This document shows positions 20,401-28,475 of a stretch of DNA of 64,000 bases, piece by piece (position 1 is the stretch's first letter; each line of letters begins with the position of its first letter). Under the pieces are notes generated by a model. That model had not been told where the DNA came from, did no database searches, and saw nothing but the letters and a program-made list of their open reading frames with translations. Where the stretch lies: IMG/VR virus record IMGVR_UViG_3300042445_001604, positions 1-64,000 of that record. One strand, 5' to 3'. The stretch is from a virus. Both the position numbers and the translations under genes were made by a program.

Positions 20401-21087
20401 AAGGTCAAGCGCTGCGCCACGCTCAGCGAGGGCTGCACGCTCGGCTTCAAAACCTAGTTGCTGGAGTTCTTCTCGACCAGCCTCGAGTGCGTCATTTAGA
20501 TTGAGTTGTGCGTCGGTAATTCGGTTGTTAGCATTGATAATTGATTCATTGTTTTGCTCGATGACCTGCGCAAGACGTTCCTGTGCTCGGCGGATTGCGT
20601 CAGTTGCCTTGGCAGCGCCACCACCACCCTTGCCCATTGCGCCAAGGGCCTGCATTACCCCACCTAGGGCAATCTTGGCAGACAGCATTGCCAGTCCCAT
20701 TGCACTCAGTACGTTACCAAGAACAATCAGAGACGAACCAGCAGCACCAGCAGCGCCCACAATAGACACCAGAGACCCGATGAAGGCAGAGATTGCCCCC
20801 ACTAGACCAGAAATCATTGGACCCAAAACAAAACCTGTCTTGGTCAGTTTCTGCCACGTCTCCCGAGCACGTTCCGCTTCAGGATACATTTTTCTAAGAC
20901 CGTCAGCCAATTTACCGACAGAGTTGTTGGCACCAGACTTGTTGAATCCCTGAGAGAACCTCTCTCCCAGATTCTTACCAGCCCGGCTCCCGATAGCATC
21001 AAGTCCGCCGAATCCGTCGCTAATATCCTTACGCACTTTATTTGTTATAGCACGTACTATAATGCTGGCTTCGCCTACAACAGCCAC
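17458..21087 (-). CDS. tape measure protein
   Basis: 1209 aa, Ala/Gly/Leu-rich helical protein with coiled coil and hydrophobic stretches; C-terminal FASGG...FAEPETGWEAFV; follows the chaperone pair. Confidence 0.9.
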   Translation of the reverse strand: MAVVGEASIIVRAITNKVRKDISDGFGGLDAIGSRAGKNLGERFSQGFNKSGANNSVGKLADGLRKMYPEAERARETWQKLTKTGFVLGPMISGLVGAISAFIGSLVSIVGAAGAAGSSLIVLGNVLSAMGLAMLSAKIALGGVMQALGAMGKGGGGAAKATDAIRRAQERLAQVIEQNNESIINANNRITDAQLNLNDALEAGREELQQLGFEAERAALAERGAALDLERAREELARVQDLPPNSRIRREAELAFAQAELQYRQALDANADIAAEQERYVESGVEGTQDVIDARRELAEAEADLARTVRDGLRAQLEAERALAEARKSATAGGGADPFEGLTKSQKEFVKEVFKLKPLFEAVQEQVAAAFLPLLSGAINTFATKVLPTIGDGLAKIGGALGVAAVRVADFLASAEGIELISIFFENSARLLGPLAEAFGLLTQIFIRLMNAAAPVAERFVNWIVEGFENFNNYLKDLDKDGSLAQFFQTAGDAAAEFGAYFGEVFRLIGQIIGANLGDGSPGREMVVWLTDGLRAANDLRDGVNGSGLKDYFAAVNENVKPMLEFFGQMGRILIDMGANPAVGEMFEILKQAEPSIRKIAMALLDAAPSLAELTVQILRIFAAFVDTEQIDAFLGTLTSVATTVANLVEKAWFQTLLAQIGPLLGTFLALQSVANGVKFAFNVLVGALIGLITVVAAAVGIFQLFSKVLIGPLYNAIGRTGMILLGLIAQMFTVGPAAALASAGTILLGASIRLLGLALKAAGIGAIITLVAALVVGFMELASSNEEFKKIFTDTFDKIKSVFAGLAPVFSQLSALFGRVVDAVMPLIMNLAKLLIPLLGKLMEFMAGSAGTILNLLMPAIELLVNVLVFLIDAISFVVDWFGELLGLGDGVLEWGTRVETGTSTASSGLDGVSSSADTTTASMYGTADSMDAVGSSAEGVSPKVVTLRDHLTTLNETVVTSIEGDIAFRDSQRQLSDALSQNGTELLGNSEAADANKTAIIAAAQAVKDKMKQDIESGVPIEQATARYMENYEALKQTAINAGLSADEVNAFVKQLGFVPILTVAELKLKTDTAQKNLNDFIRKVGGTVAMVGGVGGNMIRAFGGFDDHVKGTAFASGGIAEGVYRSMARPMYKFAEPETGWEAFVSGRKGSEERNRGIVREAASRLGMNMGGVSITVNPSPGMDERALAGAVSQEITKLMRKGSMY

Positions 21088-21100
21088 GACAACTACCCTT

Positions 21101-21565
21101 CTATCCTAGGGGTGCGTCAAGAACCCCGCCAAAGGGTTTAGGACTGCTTGGGTCGAAGTCGGTCGGGGGAACGTAGCCCTTTGTGGGAGGCTTGAGCGGG
21201 TCAACAGGAGTTAGGTCTTCGAACGGCTCATCCAGTGAGTCTGCTCCAGAGATGCCACCAGAGTATGAACCACTGGCACCAGAACTTTGTGCTACTCGAA
21301 AATACCTGTACGAACGACCGTACATGTCGGAGTACATCTTTTTTCGGAATCCTTCGCGCGTCTGAAGATGCTCTTGGCTCACGAAAACAGAGTCTTCTTC
21401 GAAGATGTAGTGGATAACGTCTAGCATATCGCTGTACTCCATCTCCTTCAAATTTAGTCCGTGTATGAGGGCTTTACCGTTGACGTAAGGCCAGAGGTCA
21501 ATTGCCCAAGTTAAGAGGCCTCTGGCTGCTGTTCCGGGCGTGACGAATACTCTCCCATGAGCCAC
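21101..21565 (-). CDS. tail assembly chaperone, downstream (gpT-like) frame
   Basis: Overlaps the upstream chaperone in the -1 frame and sits just before the tape measure gene; true start uncertain. Confidence 0.6.
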   Translation of the reverse strand: MAHGRVFVTPGTAARGLLTWAIDLWPYVNGKALIHGLNLKEMEYSDMLDVIHYIFEEDSVFVSQEHLQTREGFRKKMYSDMYGRSYRYFRVAQSSGASGSYSGGISGADSLDEPFEDLTPVDPLKPPTKGYVPPTDFDPSSPKPFGGVLDAPLG

Positions 21566-21852
21566 CCAACAATTTCGCTGAGGGTCTCGACTGTGACGAC
21601 GCGGTCAGGGTCATTTGTTAGTTCTTCGAATCGGTCAAAACTTTCCTTTACAAGGACGTTCTGAAAGAACTCGTTAATCATCTTTGCAGCAGCAGCAGGG
21701 TCATCGCTTGATGCGTCAACAGCCATGTTGAGCATTGCCTTGCCTTGAAGTTGAGGACGGCACTGAAACTCTTCTCCGTGAATACGGAACGCAATCGGCT
21801 CATCGCTGTTGAGTCCAGTTCCCTTGCCAAAATCTTTAAATCGAGCGACCAT
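21511..21852 (-). CDS. tail assembly chaperone (gpG-like)
   Basis: 113 aa; position upstream of tape measure; C-terminal IVGWLMGEYSSRP; AGGAG RBS. Confidence 0.75.
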   Translation of the reverse strand: MVARFKDFGKGTGLNSDEPIAFRIHGEEFQCRPQLQGKAMLNMAVDASSDDPAAAAKMINEFFQNVLVKESFDRFEELTNDPDRVVTVETLSEIVGWLMGEYSSRPEQQPEAS

Positions 21853-21925
21853 TGTTTTGTCTCCTTGTTGTATTCGTTAAATGTGACTTACGTCTTGTAT
21901 ACATTCTACCCCATAAAGCATTCAA

Positions 21926-22330
21926 CTATCCCCTAAAGTGGATGAGTTGAGCACTAAGATACGGGTTAGGTTTTGTTCCTGGGTGCATCACAGAGTTTCT
22001 AAAAATAACAACTCCGCGTTGCTGGAAGCGAAGGGCCTTACCTTCGTTTGGCACAATTATGTGGGGCCGAGTTCCTTGATGATGCATGAGGGCGTGGGGG
22101 GCACTGGCTTTTAGACCAGCGTACTGACCAGTAGCATTTCTCAAGTGATACCAAGAAATACTTTTTTGTAGTCTACCCGTGCGGACACCAACCATCCGCC
22201 TAGCACCAGTAAGCGCTGGGATTCTTTTACTTTCTATGTGTCTCCACAGACCACCATTTGGCTTGTTAAGTTCTACCTCAACATTTCTTGCTATAGCGCT
22301 GGTATTTATGTTGAGCGACACGCTAAACAT
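21926..22330 (-). CDS. HK97 gp10-like neck/tail completion protein
   Basis: VRTGRLQKSI, HQGTRPHII, VMHPGTKPNPYL motifs. Confidence 0.75.
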   Translation of the reverse strand: MFSVSLNINTSAIARNVEVELNKPNGGLWRHIESKRIPALTGARRMVGVRTGRLQKSISWYHLRNATGQYAGLKASAPHALMHHQGTRPHIIVPNEGKALRFQQRGVVIFRNSVMHPGTKPNPYLSAQLIHFRG

Positions 22331-22839
22331 TAGGGGACCGCCATTGTTATTTCAAGAGTTGATGTTTGGAATCCGCCCTCAGGGCCCTCAGCAGCGAGAG
22401 TGGCAATGACGCCAAGCCCGTAACCTGTCTCGTCCCAGACATCGAGGTCGTTGATGGACTGCATCAGAACCCAAGAATCGACAGCGGCGATTTCAGATGA
22501 CGCCGAGATAGAATCTCCTGTCGGAGCGCGACCATTTACCCCAACTGTGGGGACCTCTCGTGAAATAGAGATGCTTAGGGTCGCACTACGTGGGTTGTTG
22601 CATCGACGTGGCTCAGTTGCTTGGTCCCCAGGGGAGCCCAAGTACATCTGAAGAAAAGAAACAACAAGTTGCTCACAGTCAATTGCAGGCTGTCCAATCA
22701 TCCAGTATTGACGCTTCGGGAGTGGCACACCGTATGATTCAAACACAGTAACGACTCGAGCGAGGACGGCATCCAACATAACCTTCAGGTCAAGAGCGCC
22801 CTCGTCGATGTCATAGTCTCCGAGTTTGACGTAAGACAT
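22330..22839 (-). CDS. putative tail terminator / head-tail protein
   Basis: 169 aa; position in the head-tail block; C-terminal GPEGG motif. Confidence 0.55.
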   Translation of the reverse strand: MSYVKLGDYDIDEGALDLKVMLDAVLARVVTVFESYGVPLPKRQYWMIGQPAIDCEQLVVSFLQMYLGSPGDQATEPRRCNNPRSATLSISISREVPTVGVNGRAPTGDSISASSEIAAVDSWVLMQSINDLDVWDETGYGLGVIATLAAEGPEGGFQTSTLEITMAVP

Positions 22840-22841
22840 TA

Positions 22842-23000
22842 TTACGCCTCGTCTGCTACCTCAACCTCGGCCTCAACGACCTCGGCTACGGGTTCAAAAA
22901 ATCGCGGAGCAACCTTCTCAGGTGCAAACCTTTGGGGTGCAACAGGAGTGGCGGGTTTTGCGTTGGGCATGTCACCAGAGGTGAAGTTTGTCATAGCCAT
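22842..23000 (-). CDS. small Pro/Glu-rich protein (52 aa)
   Basis: Hand translation MAMTNFTSGDMPNAKPATPVAPQRFAPEKVAPRFFEPVAEVVEAEVEVADEA; AGGA RBS; fills the gap exactly. Confidence 0.6.
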   Translation of the reverse strand: MAMTNFTSGDMPNAKPATPVAPQRFAPEKVAPRFFEPVAEVVEAEVEVADEA

Positions 23001-23014
23001 GTGTTTTTCCTAAC

Positions 23015-24079
23015 TTATGAAAGTGAAATCTGGAGGTTTCCAGAAGCCAATGATACTAGTGTACCGTTCTTCTCTGCATACAAGTCCCATACGCCTGGGT
23101 CTACTGCACGCAAGACGTTATAGGCGTCTACGTAGTTGATAGTCACCCCAATTGTCTGAGCACCAGTGTTGAGAACCACCTGAGAAGAGGGGATATTCGC
23201 TGAAACAGTTTCACTCCAGTTATAGACAGTGACGCTCAGGGTCCAACCCGCTTCAGAGAGCAGAAATGCCCCACCGACGCTTGCAAGCGGGAGTGTGACA
23301 GAGTCAGAACCACCTGCAGGAATCTCGAGGTCGAGCGATGACGTGGCGAATTTTAAGGGCTTCGGATTGTACCGACGACCCCTTGGAACGTCTACAGAGA
23401 AGACTCGTGACCGCTGAGAGGCCTTTGCGGGGTTGGCAGTCTTGAGGAACAAATCGACCTCGTAGACACCAGTTTTGATGTCATCAATGAAGTCTTGGGA
23501 ATCCAAGAGGGTGTACGAAACTCCCTGACGAGAGATTGATGTAACGCGTCGGGGCAGAGCACAATCCTCATCGCCAGCCCAGAGTTTCGCGAACTCACGA
23601 GCCAACGTCCGCGCAGCCATACGACCAGCAACGGGCGGGGGAGTTCCGTACGAGTATGTAATTTCTACGTTGTAAGGGTTCCACAGCGTTGCGTTGTAGA
23701 ACTGAATCGTAGAGTTGTCAACAAGGACATAGTCACTGGGAGAAATAACGGTTCCGTTGTCGAGACGAACAGTGTGAATTTCCGTCACAGGGCGGGCACG
23801 AAGTCGAATACGCGCCTCAGGCGACGTCCACTCCTGTGCGTAAAGCATGACATTTCGAACCTCGCCCTTGTACAGCGTGGCAATGTTGGTCTTAGTCGAA
23901 AGGCCTGGAAGAGTTCCAATAGTGTTTCGGATGTAGCGTTCAGTAGTCGTCCCAGTACCAAAGTACTTACGACCAGACATTGCCCACAACAGGTACGACG
24001 CAACTCGGCATGCCTCTTCGGCATACTCAGAGTTAGACATGTCGCCAAGTTCACTTGGCTGAACCCATAATGCGGTCAT
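23015..24079 (-). CDS. head-to-tail adaptor with C-terminal extension
   Basis: ASYLLWAMSGRKY, YSYGTPPP, CALPRRVTSISRQGVS, TGVYEVDLFL..NP; resembles cluster-B-type adaptors. Confidence 0.75.
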   Translation of the reverse strand: MTALWVQPSELGDMSNSEYAEEACRVASYLLWAMSGRKYFGTGTTTERYIRNTIGTLPGLSTKTNIATLYKGEVRNVMLYAQEWTSPEARIRLRARPVTEIHTVRLDNGTVISPSDYVLVDNSTIQFYNATLWNPYNVEITYSYGTPPPVAGRMAARTLAREFAKLWAGDEDCALPRRVTSISRQGVSYTLLDSQDFIDDIKTGVYEVDLFLKTANPAKASQRSRVFSVDVPRGRRYNPKPLKFATSSLDLEIPAGGSDSVTLPLASVGGAFLLSEAGWTLSVTVYNWSETVSANIPSSQVVLNTGAQTIGVTINYVDAYNVLRAVDPGVWDLYAEKNGTLVSLASGNLQISLS

Positions 24080-24154
24080 GCTACATCCTGTCTATAAAGT
24101 GAACGGTGGTGCGCCCATGAGAAGTCCCACAGACGCACCACCTTGGAGGTCCGA

Positions 24155-25222
24155 TTAGGAGGTCGGGTCTTCCACGGAGTTGATGATGTAATCGATGGGG
24201 TTGTCAGCGTTGTACTCGAGGTTACCGGGTACGTTGAAGTCATCGTTGAGGTTGACATCGTCCGCGTCAGGCAATGCGAGCGTTGCGACCTCGACGTACT
24301 GACGTGCAGCGGCAGCCAGACCAGAAGCAGGCGCGTTCGAGGAGATTATGCTTCCCGAACGAGCGAAACTGAAGGTGTCGGTGGTTACCTGAGTGATGGT
24401 CTGAACACCATTGAGGGCAGCGTTGCAACCAGAAACGGTAACAACCTGTCCAACCTTGAATCCGTGTGCAGCAGAGGTGAGCGTACCCAAAATCGCGGTT
24501 GCAGCCTCGTTAGAGACAGTTTTCGTCGAAGCATCGTACCACTGGTAGAAGCCCTTGACTCCAGTAGGTGCCCAGTCCGAACGAGCGTACGAATAGGGGC
24601 GCTCTGAAGCAACAGGGAATTCCCAGCGTCCGTCGAGTCCGTCTCCGAACAACGAGTTTCCGAGTCCGTAGCCTTCGAAGGTGTTGGCGAGCATGCCGTT
24701 TTCGATAACACGGTCACCCGACTGACGCATCTTGACGTACGGGAAGACCCAGTGGAAGTAGGGGTTGTCCTCGTCCTTCTTGCCACCCTTGATGGCGAAC
24801 GACCAAGCCTCAATGGCAACACCGTTACCAGCAGGGTCGTCTCCAACGCCGGGCGAAGCCCAACCAATCGAGAGGGTCGAAGCAGCCGAGTTGGCAAGCG
24901 ACGAACCGTAGTTCTTGCGGAGCAAGAGACCACCCGAGAGAAGGTTGGTGAGTTCGGGGTCGGGCTCACAGATGGCGAGTTCCATCGTGATTCGCTTGAG
25001 TGTGTCAGGGGCCTTGTAAGAAACACAGATGGCTCCATTAGCGCTCTTTTCCGTCATCTCGTCGCCCTCTTCATATTCGGGGGTAAACGAGAGACGCATG
25101 AATGCCGAGGTGACATACGAGTCACCAGGGTTGTTCAGCAGTGCACCAGTCGAGTCAAGGCGGGTAACGCGAATTGACACACCCTGAATGCTGGCTGCAT
25201 ATTCCTGAGTTGCAGTAGCCAT
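24155..25222 (-). CDS. major tail protein
   Basis: IRVTRLD..G, EYEEGDE..EKSANG..C, YFHWVFP; followed by a hairpin at about 24105-24142. Confidence 0.85.
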   Translation of the reverse strand: MATATQEYAASIQGVSIRVTRLDSTGALLNNPGDSYVTSAFMRLSFTPEYEEGDEMTEKSANGAICVSYKAPDTLKRITMELAICEPDPELTNLLSGGLLLRKNYGSSLANSAASTLSIGWASPGVGDDPAGNGVAIEAWSFAIKGGKKDEDNPYFHWVFPYVKMRQSGDRVIENGMLANTFEGYGLGNSLFGDGLDGRWEFPVASERPYSYARSDWAPTGVKGFYQWYDASTKTVSNEAATAILGTLTSAAHGFKVGQVVTVSGCNAALNGVQTITQVTTDTFSFARSGSIISSNAPASGLAAAARQYVEVATLALPDADDVNLNDDFNVPGNLEYNADNPIDYIINSVEDPTS

Positions 25223-25248
25223 TTAGACTATCTCCTTAGTTGTTGTGG

Positions 25249-26346
25249 TTATGCCGTCAGGTCTACCCGGACAGCGAGGTGTATTGAGGTGTCAAAGTAA
25301 ACCGCTGCGGGGCGGATTGCCTTTAGTCTCATGTCATTCTGGTTACCTGCCACGTCATAAGCCTGTGACAAGTTATCGTTGACGACATCAACATCACCAA
25401 GATAAGTCTTGACAGTGCCAGTGGCGTACATCCATTTGCTGTCGTCATCGCCCATCATCTGGATAAATCCAGTGACCGACTCTGACGAAGCGTTAGTGAG
25501 ACCCGAAATTGTGATGGTTACCGTGTCGGCGTCGATTCTGGTTACAACAGAAGTTCCGACAAGGTCATCCTCAGAAATGTTTGCCCCAGTAACACTAAAC
25601 TTCACTACATCACCGTTGACAAGTCCGTGAGCACTCGCGGTGTTGATTGTGAGGGTGTTGCCACCTGTGATAGCAGCCGTGGAGGTGGCAATGCGCGGTC
25701 CATCTCCCGAGTATCCACTACCAACAATGACAGGAGTTCCGCCCATTGTCTGGAGGTGGTCCTTGTCTTTGTTGTGGAACAGCATGTTTGAGTTGCTCGA
25801 CAAGAGTGCCATGACGTCGCGCGTCATGTGGATGATTCCCTGCTCTCCACCGTGTGAAGTAGTTGCAATCGTGTGCTCTAGAAGTGCCAGTGCCCGCTTT
25901 GGCGAAAGCGCTGTACCTGAGTTGAGAACCGAAGCAGTGGAGCCGATAAGTGCTTTGTTGTCCTCAGACTGAGCGATACGAACATCGCCGTTCCACAACT
26001 CGCGCTCCATTGCTTTTTGAGTAACGCCCTCTAATTGACGCTTGAGACGAGCAATTCGGTCAAGTCCTAAAAATCCAAGTCCAGAGCGAACTTCGTCGAT
26101 TTCGATGAAGAACGGCTTGATTTCGTCGTAATAGTTGACAGTGGCATTGTTTACAAGAACATAACTATTGGTGTCTGTGTCGTCCCAGTTAGTGAGGGTG
26201 TCAACAGTTGTTTCATATTCCTGAGAAAATCCTCTAATCCAGCGGTCTTCGTCAGCCGAGTTTTCGGGCTTGACGACAGCAAGCAAACCAAAAGCGGAGG
26301 GCACGATAGCGGGTGCCTCTACAACGCCATTATTTGGGAAAGCCAT
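25249..26346 (-). CDS. second capsid protein (likely vertex/pentamer protein)
   Basis: Immediately after the major capsid gene; FGLL.V, QKAMERELW.G, GGTPVIVGSGY, WMYATG; same arrangement as the hexamer/pentamer pair of cluster B mycobacteriophages (from recall, not searched). Confidence 0.65.
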   Translation of the reverse strand: MAFPNNGVVEAPAIVPSAFGLLAVVKPENSADEDRWIRGFSQEYETTVDTLTNWDDTDTNSYVLVNNATVNYYDEIKPFFIEIDEVRSGLGFLGLDRIARLKRQLEGVTQKAMERELWNGDVRIAQSEDNKALIGSTASVLNSGTALSPKRALALLEHTIATTSHGGEQGIIHMTRDVMALLSSNSNMLFHNKDKDHLQTMGGTPVIVGSGYSGDGPRIATSTAAITGGNTLTINTASAHGLVNGDVVKFSVTGANISEDDLVGTSVVTRIDADTVTITISGLTNASSESVTGFIQMMGDDDSKWMYATGTVKTYLGDVDVVNDNLSQAYDVAGNQNDMRLKAIRPAAVYFDTSIHLAVRVDLTA

Positions 26347-26380
26347 GTGATGAATCCTTAAAGTTTAGGTTTTGTCCTGT

Positions 26381-26414
26381 AGCAGGGGTGACCTCCGAAG
26401 AGGCCACCCCCGCT
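26381..26414 (-). terminator. GC-rich hairpin (UUCG loop) after the major capsid gene
   Basis: Minus strand AGCGGGGGTGGCCTC-TTCG-GAGGTCACCCCTGCT. Confidence 0.6.
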
Positions 26415-26433
26415 GACGAGGGTTATCGAACTA

Positions 26434-28353
26434 TTAGAGTTCGATGGTTGCTGCTGCGGTTCCACCAGTGGTGTCGCGGAGGGCTGCTGCCGCACCGTTG
26501 ACGCTGATGGTCGAGGTGATGGCGAGAGACTCGACACCAACCTTTGCGACGCCTTCGAAGGTTTCAACGAACATCTTGTAGTCGTTGGTTCCGACGAGGG
26601 TCGAGTCGCGGATGATACCGAGGTCCAGCGTTCCACCGTCGAGGAACAAGAAGGTTCCTTCGGCGAACAGGTACCACGTGAACGAGTTTGCGAACCCAGT
26701 GAGTGCTGCTGCACCCTGCGAGGCGTAAACACCGAGGTCGAGCGACGGAATCAGGTCGATGTTTGCCTGAGCGACGAAACCGTCGATTTCAGAGTTCGAG
26801 ATTCCGAGGTTCGAGTCACCGGGCATGTTCAGGATGAGGTCAGCCGACATAGCGTCGTAAACCCATGCAGGAACAATTGCCTTCAACTGAGTGTCAGCCG
26901 CGATGCGGTGACGCGAACGGTATCCTGCTGCTGCACGGCGCAACTGAACGAGGAAGTCGCGACCAAAACCGATGAGGTTGGTGGTCGTAACAGCCGTCGA
27001 AGCGGTTCCGATTGCGGAGGTGAGGTTCTGCTCAGCCTCACGTGCGTGCTGGATGAGTCCGAGTTCGTTGTGACGAGCAAGGAGTTCCGGGTACGCACGA
27101 GTGAACAGGTTACCGAACTGCATCTGGAGGGTCACAGCGTCAGTGTTAGCCGTGGTCTCCGTAGCAGCCGAAACCGTGAGGCTCGCCTTGGTGTCGCTTG
27201 ACGGAGTGATGTCCGTCGCGTTGCTCCAGATTCCAACCGCGTTCGCGTAAGACGAAAGCACGGGCGGAACGACGAAGCGGATACCGCCACGGTCTGCCTG
27301 GAAACGGGGGAGAGCGTCACGCACGGGGCGGACGTTCGTACCGAGACCAAAGACGTCGTACTTCACCTGGAAAGGCGTAGCGTGTCCACCCGATGCAACG
27401 AGTGCTTCGGCTCCGACGACGTTCTGAATCTTGGCGAGGTTGGCTTCGGCGTCTGTGGTCAGAACGCGGTCTTCCGGGTAAGACGTTGAGAACGATGCCA
27501 CGATGTGCTGTTCTCCGTCTCCTCCATTAACGCGACGGAGGGTGTGGAGACGCTTCTCCATTGCCTCGGCTACGCCGTGGAGGTCTTTGATGGTGCTGCC
27601 AGCCGTGTAACCGGGGATGTCAGCGCCAGCCGTGATTGCCACGGATGCGAACGCAACTTCCTCGGCGACGGGACGACGGTCAGCGGGAGCCTCGAAGGCA
27701 CCTTCTGCTGCGGCGGTCACTGTTGCCTCTTCCTGCGCCTCTTCGGACGCAATTTCTTGGGGGGTTTCTTGAATTGATGCTTCTGCTTCTGCAGGAGCGT
27801 CTTCGGCTTCTCCGTCTTCAGGGTCTGCTGAAGCGACAACAGCGTCATCCGCTGCCTCTACTTCTGCTTCTCCATCTTCGGGGTCACCAGAGTTTGATGC
27901 TTCGGCGAGTTCGTCAACTTCGACCGACGCTTCGGCTACTGCCTCTTCGTCAACCGATGCCTCGGACTCGTCCTCTGCCTCAATGGAAGTCTCGTCGACC
28001 GAATACTTGGTCATCTCGTCTTCCTTTGCTTCGTCAGCCATCGGAGCCTTTTCGGCATCCTCGGCTTCCTCTGCTGGCACAACTTCTTCGCTAGGCATGT
28101 CTTCACCCTTGACGCGCATTGCAGCCTCGGCTGCTTGCTGGGTGAGTTCTACTGCCATCGTCTCACGACGTGTCATTTCGCCACGAACCGTGTCGAGCAT
28201 GTCTGCGAGTTCAGTCATGGCAGCAACATTGTCCGAAGTCTGCTCTTCCGATGCATACCTGTCGAACTCAGCGACCATGTTGTCTGCCAGTTCGGTGATT
28301 GCTTCATCACCGAGTTCTGCCAGTTGGTCTAACTGTGATTTGATGCTGTCCAC
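26434..28353 (-). CDS. major capsid (hexamer) protein with acidic N-terminal scaffold
   Basis: About 210 aa acidic helical N-terminus, then ALVASGG, RPVRDALPRFQA.RGGI, GNL..RAYPEL, FLDGGTLDLGIIRDSTL..TNDY..F.ETFE. Confidence 0.88.
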   Translation of the reverse strand: MDSIKSQLDQLAELGDEAITELADNMVAEFDRYASEEQTSDNVAAMTELADMLDTVRGEMTRRETMAVELTQQAAEAAMRVKGEDMPSEEVVPAEEAEDAEKAPMADEAKEDEMTKYSVDETSIEAEDESEASVDEEAVAEASVEVDELAEASNSGDPEDGEAEVEAADDAVVASADPEDGEAEDAPAEAEASIQETPQEIASEEAQEEATVTAAAEGAFEAPADRRPVAEEVAFASVAITAGADIPGYTAGSTIKDLHGVAEAMEKRLHTLRRVNGGDGEQHIVASFSTSYPEDRVLTTDAEANLAKIQNVVGAEALVASGGHATPFQVKYDVFGLGTNVRPVRDALPRFQADRGGIRFVVPPVLSSYANAVGIWSNATDITPSSDTKASLTVSAATETTANTDAVTLQMQFGNLFTRAYPELLARHNELGLIQHAREAEQNLTSAIGTASTAVTTTNLIGFGRDFLVQLRRAAAGYRSRHRIAADTQLKAIVPAWVYDAMSADLILNMPGDSNLGISNSEIDGFVAQANIDLIPSLDLGVYASQGAAALTGFANSFTWYLFAEGTFLFLDGGTLDLGIIRDSTLVGTNDYKMFVETFEGVAKVGVESLAITSTISVNGAAAALRDTTGGTAAATIEL

Positions 28354-28475
28354 TGTACCTCCTCTAGGCCAGTTGGGGTATTGAATACCAATACCTTATG
28401 GATAGTCTGAGGTAAAGGGACTGGCACAAATAGATTATGCAAGGCACTCCACCCAGAGTCTATATTACACTACTT

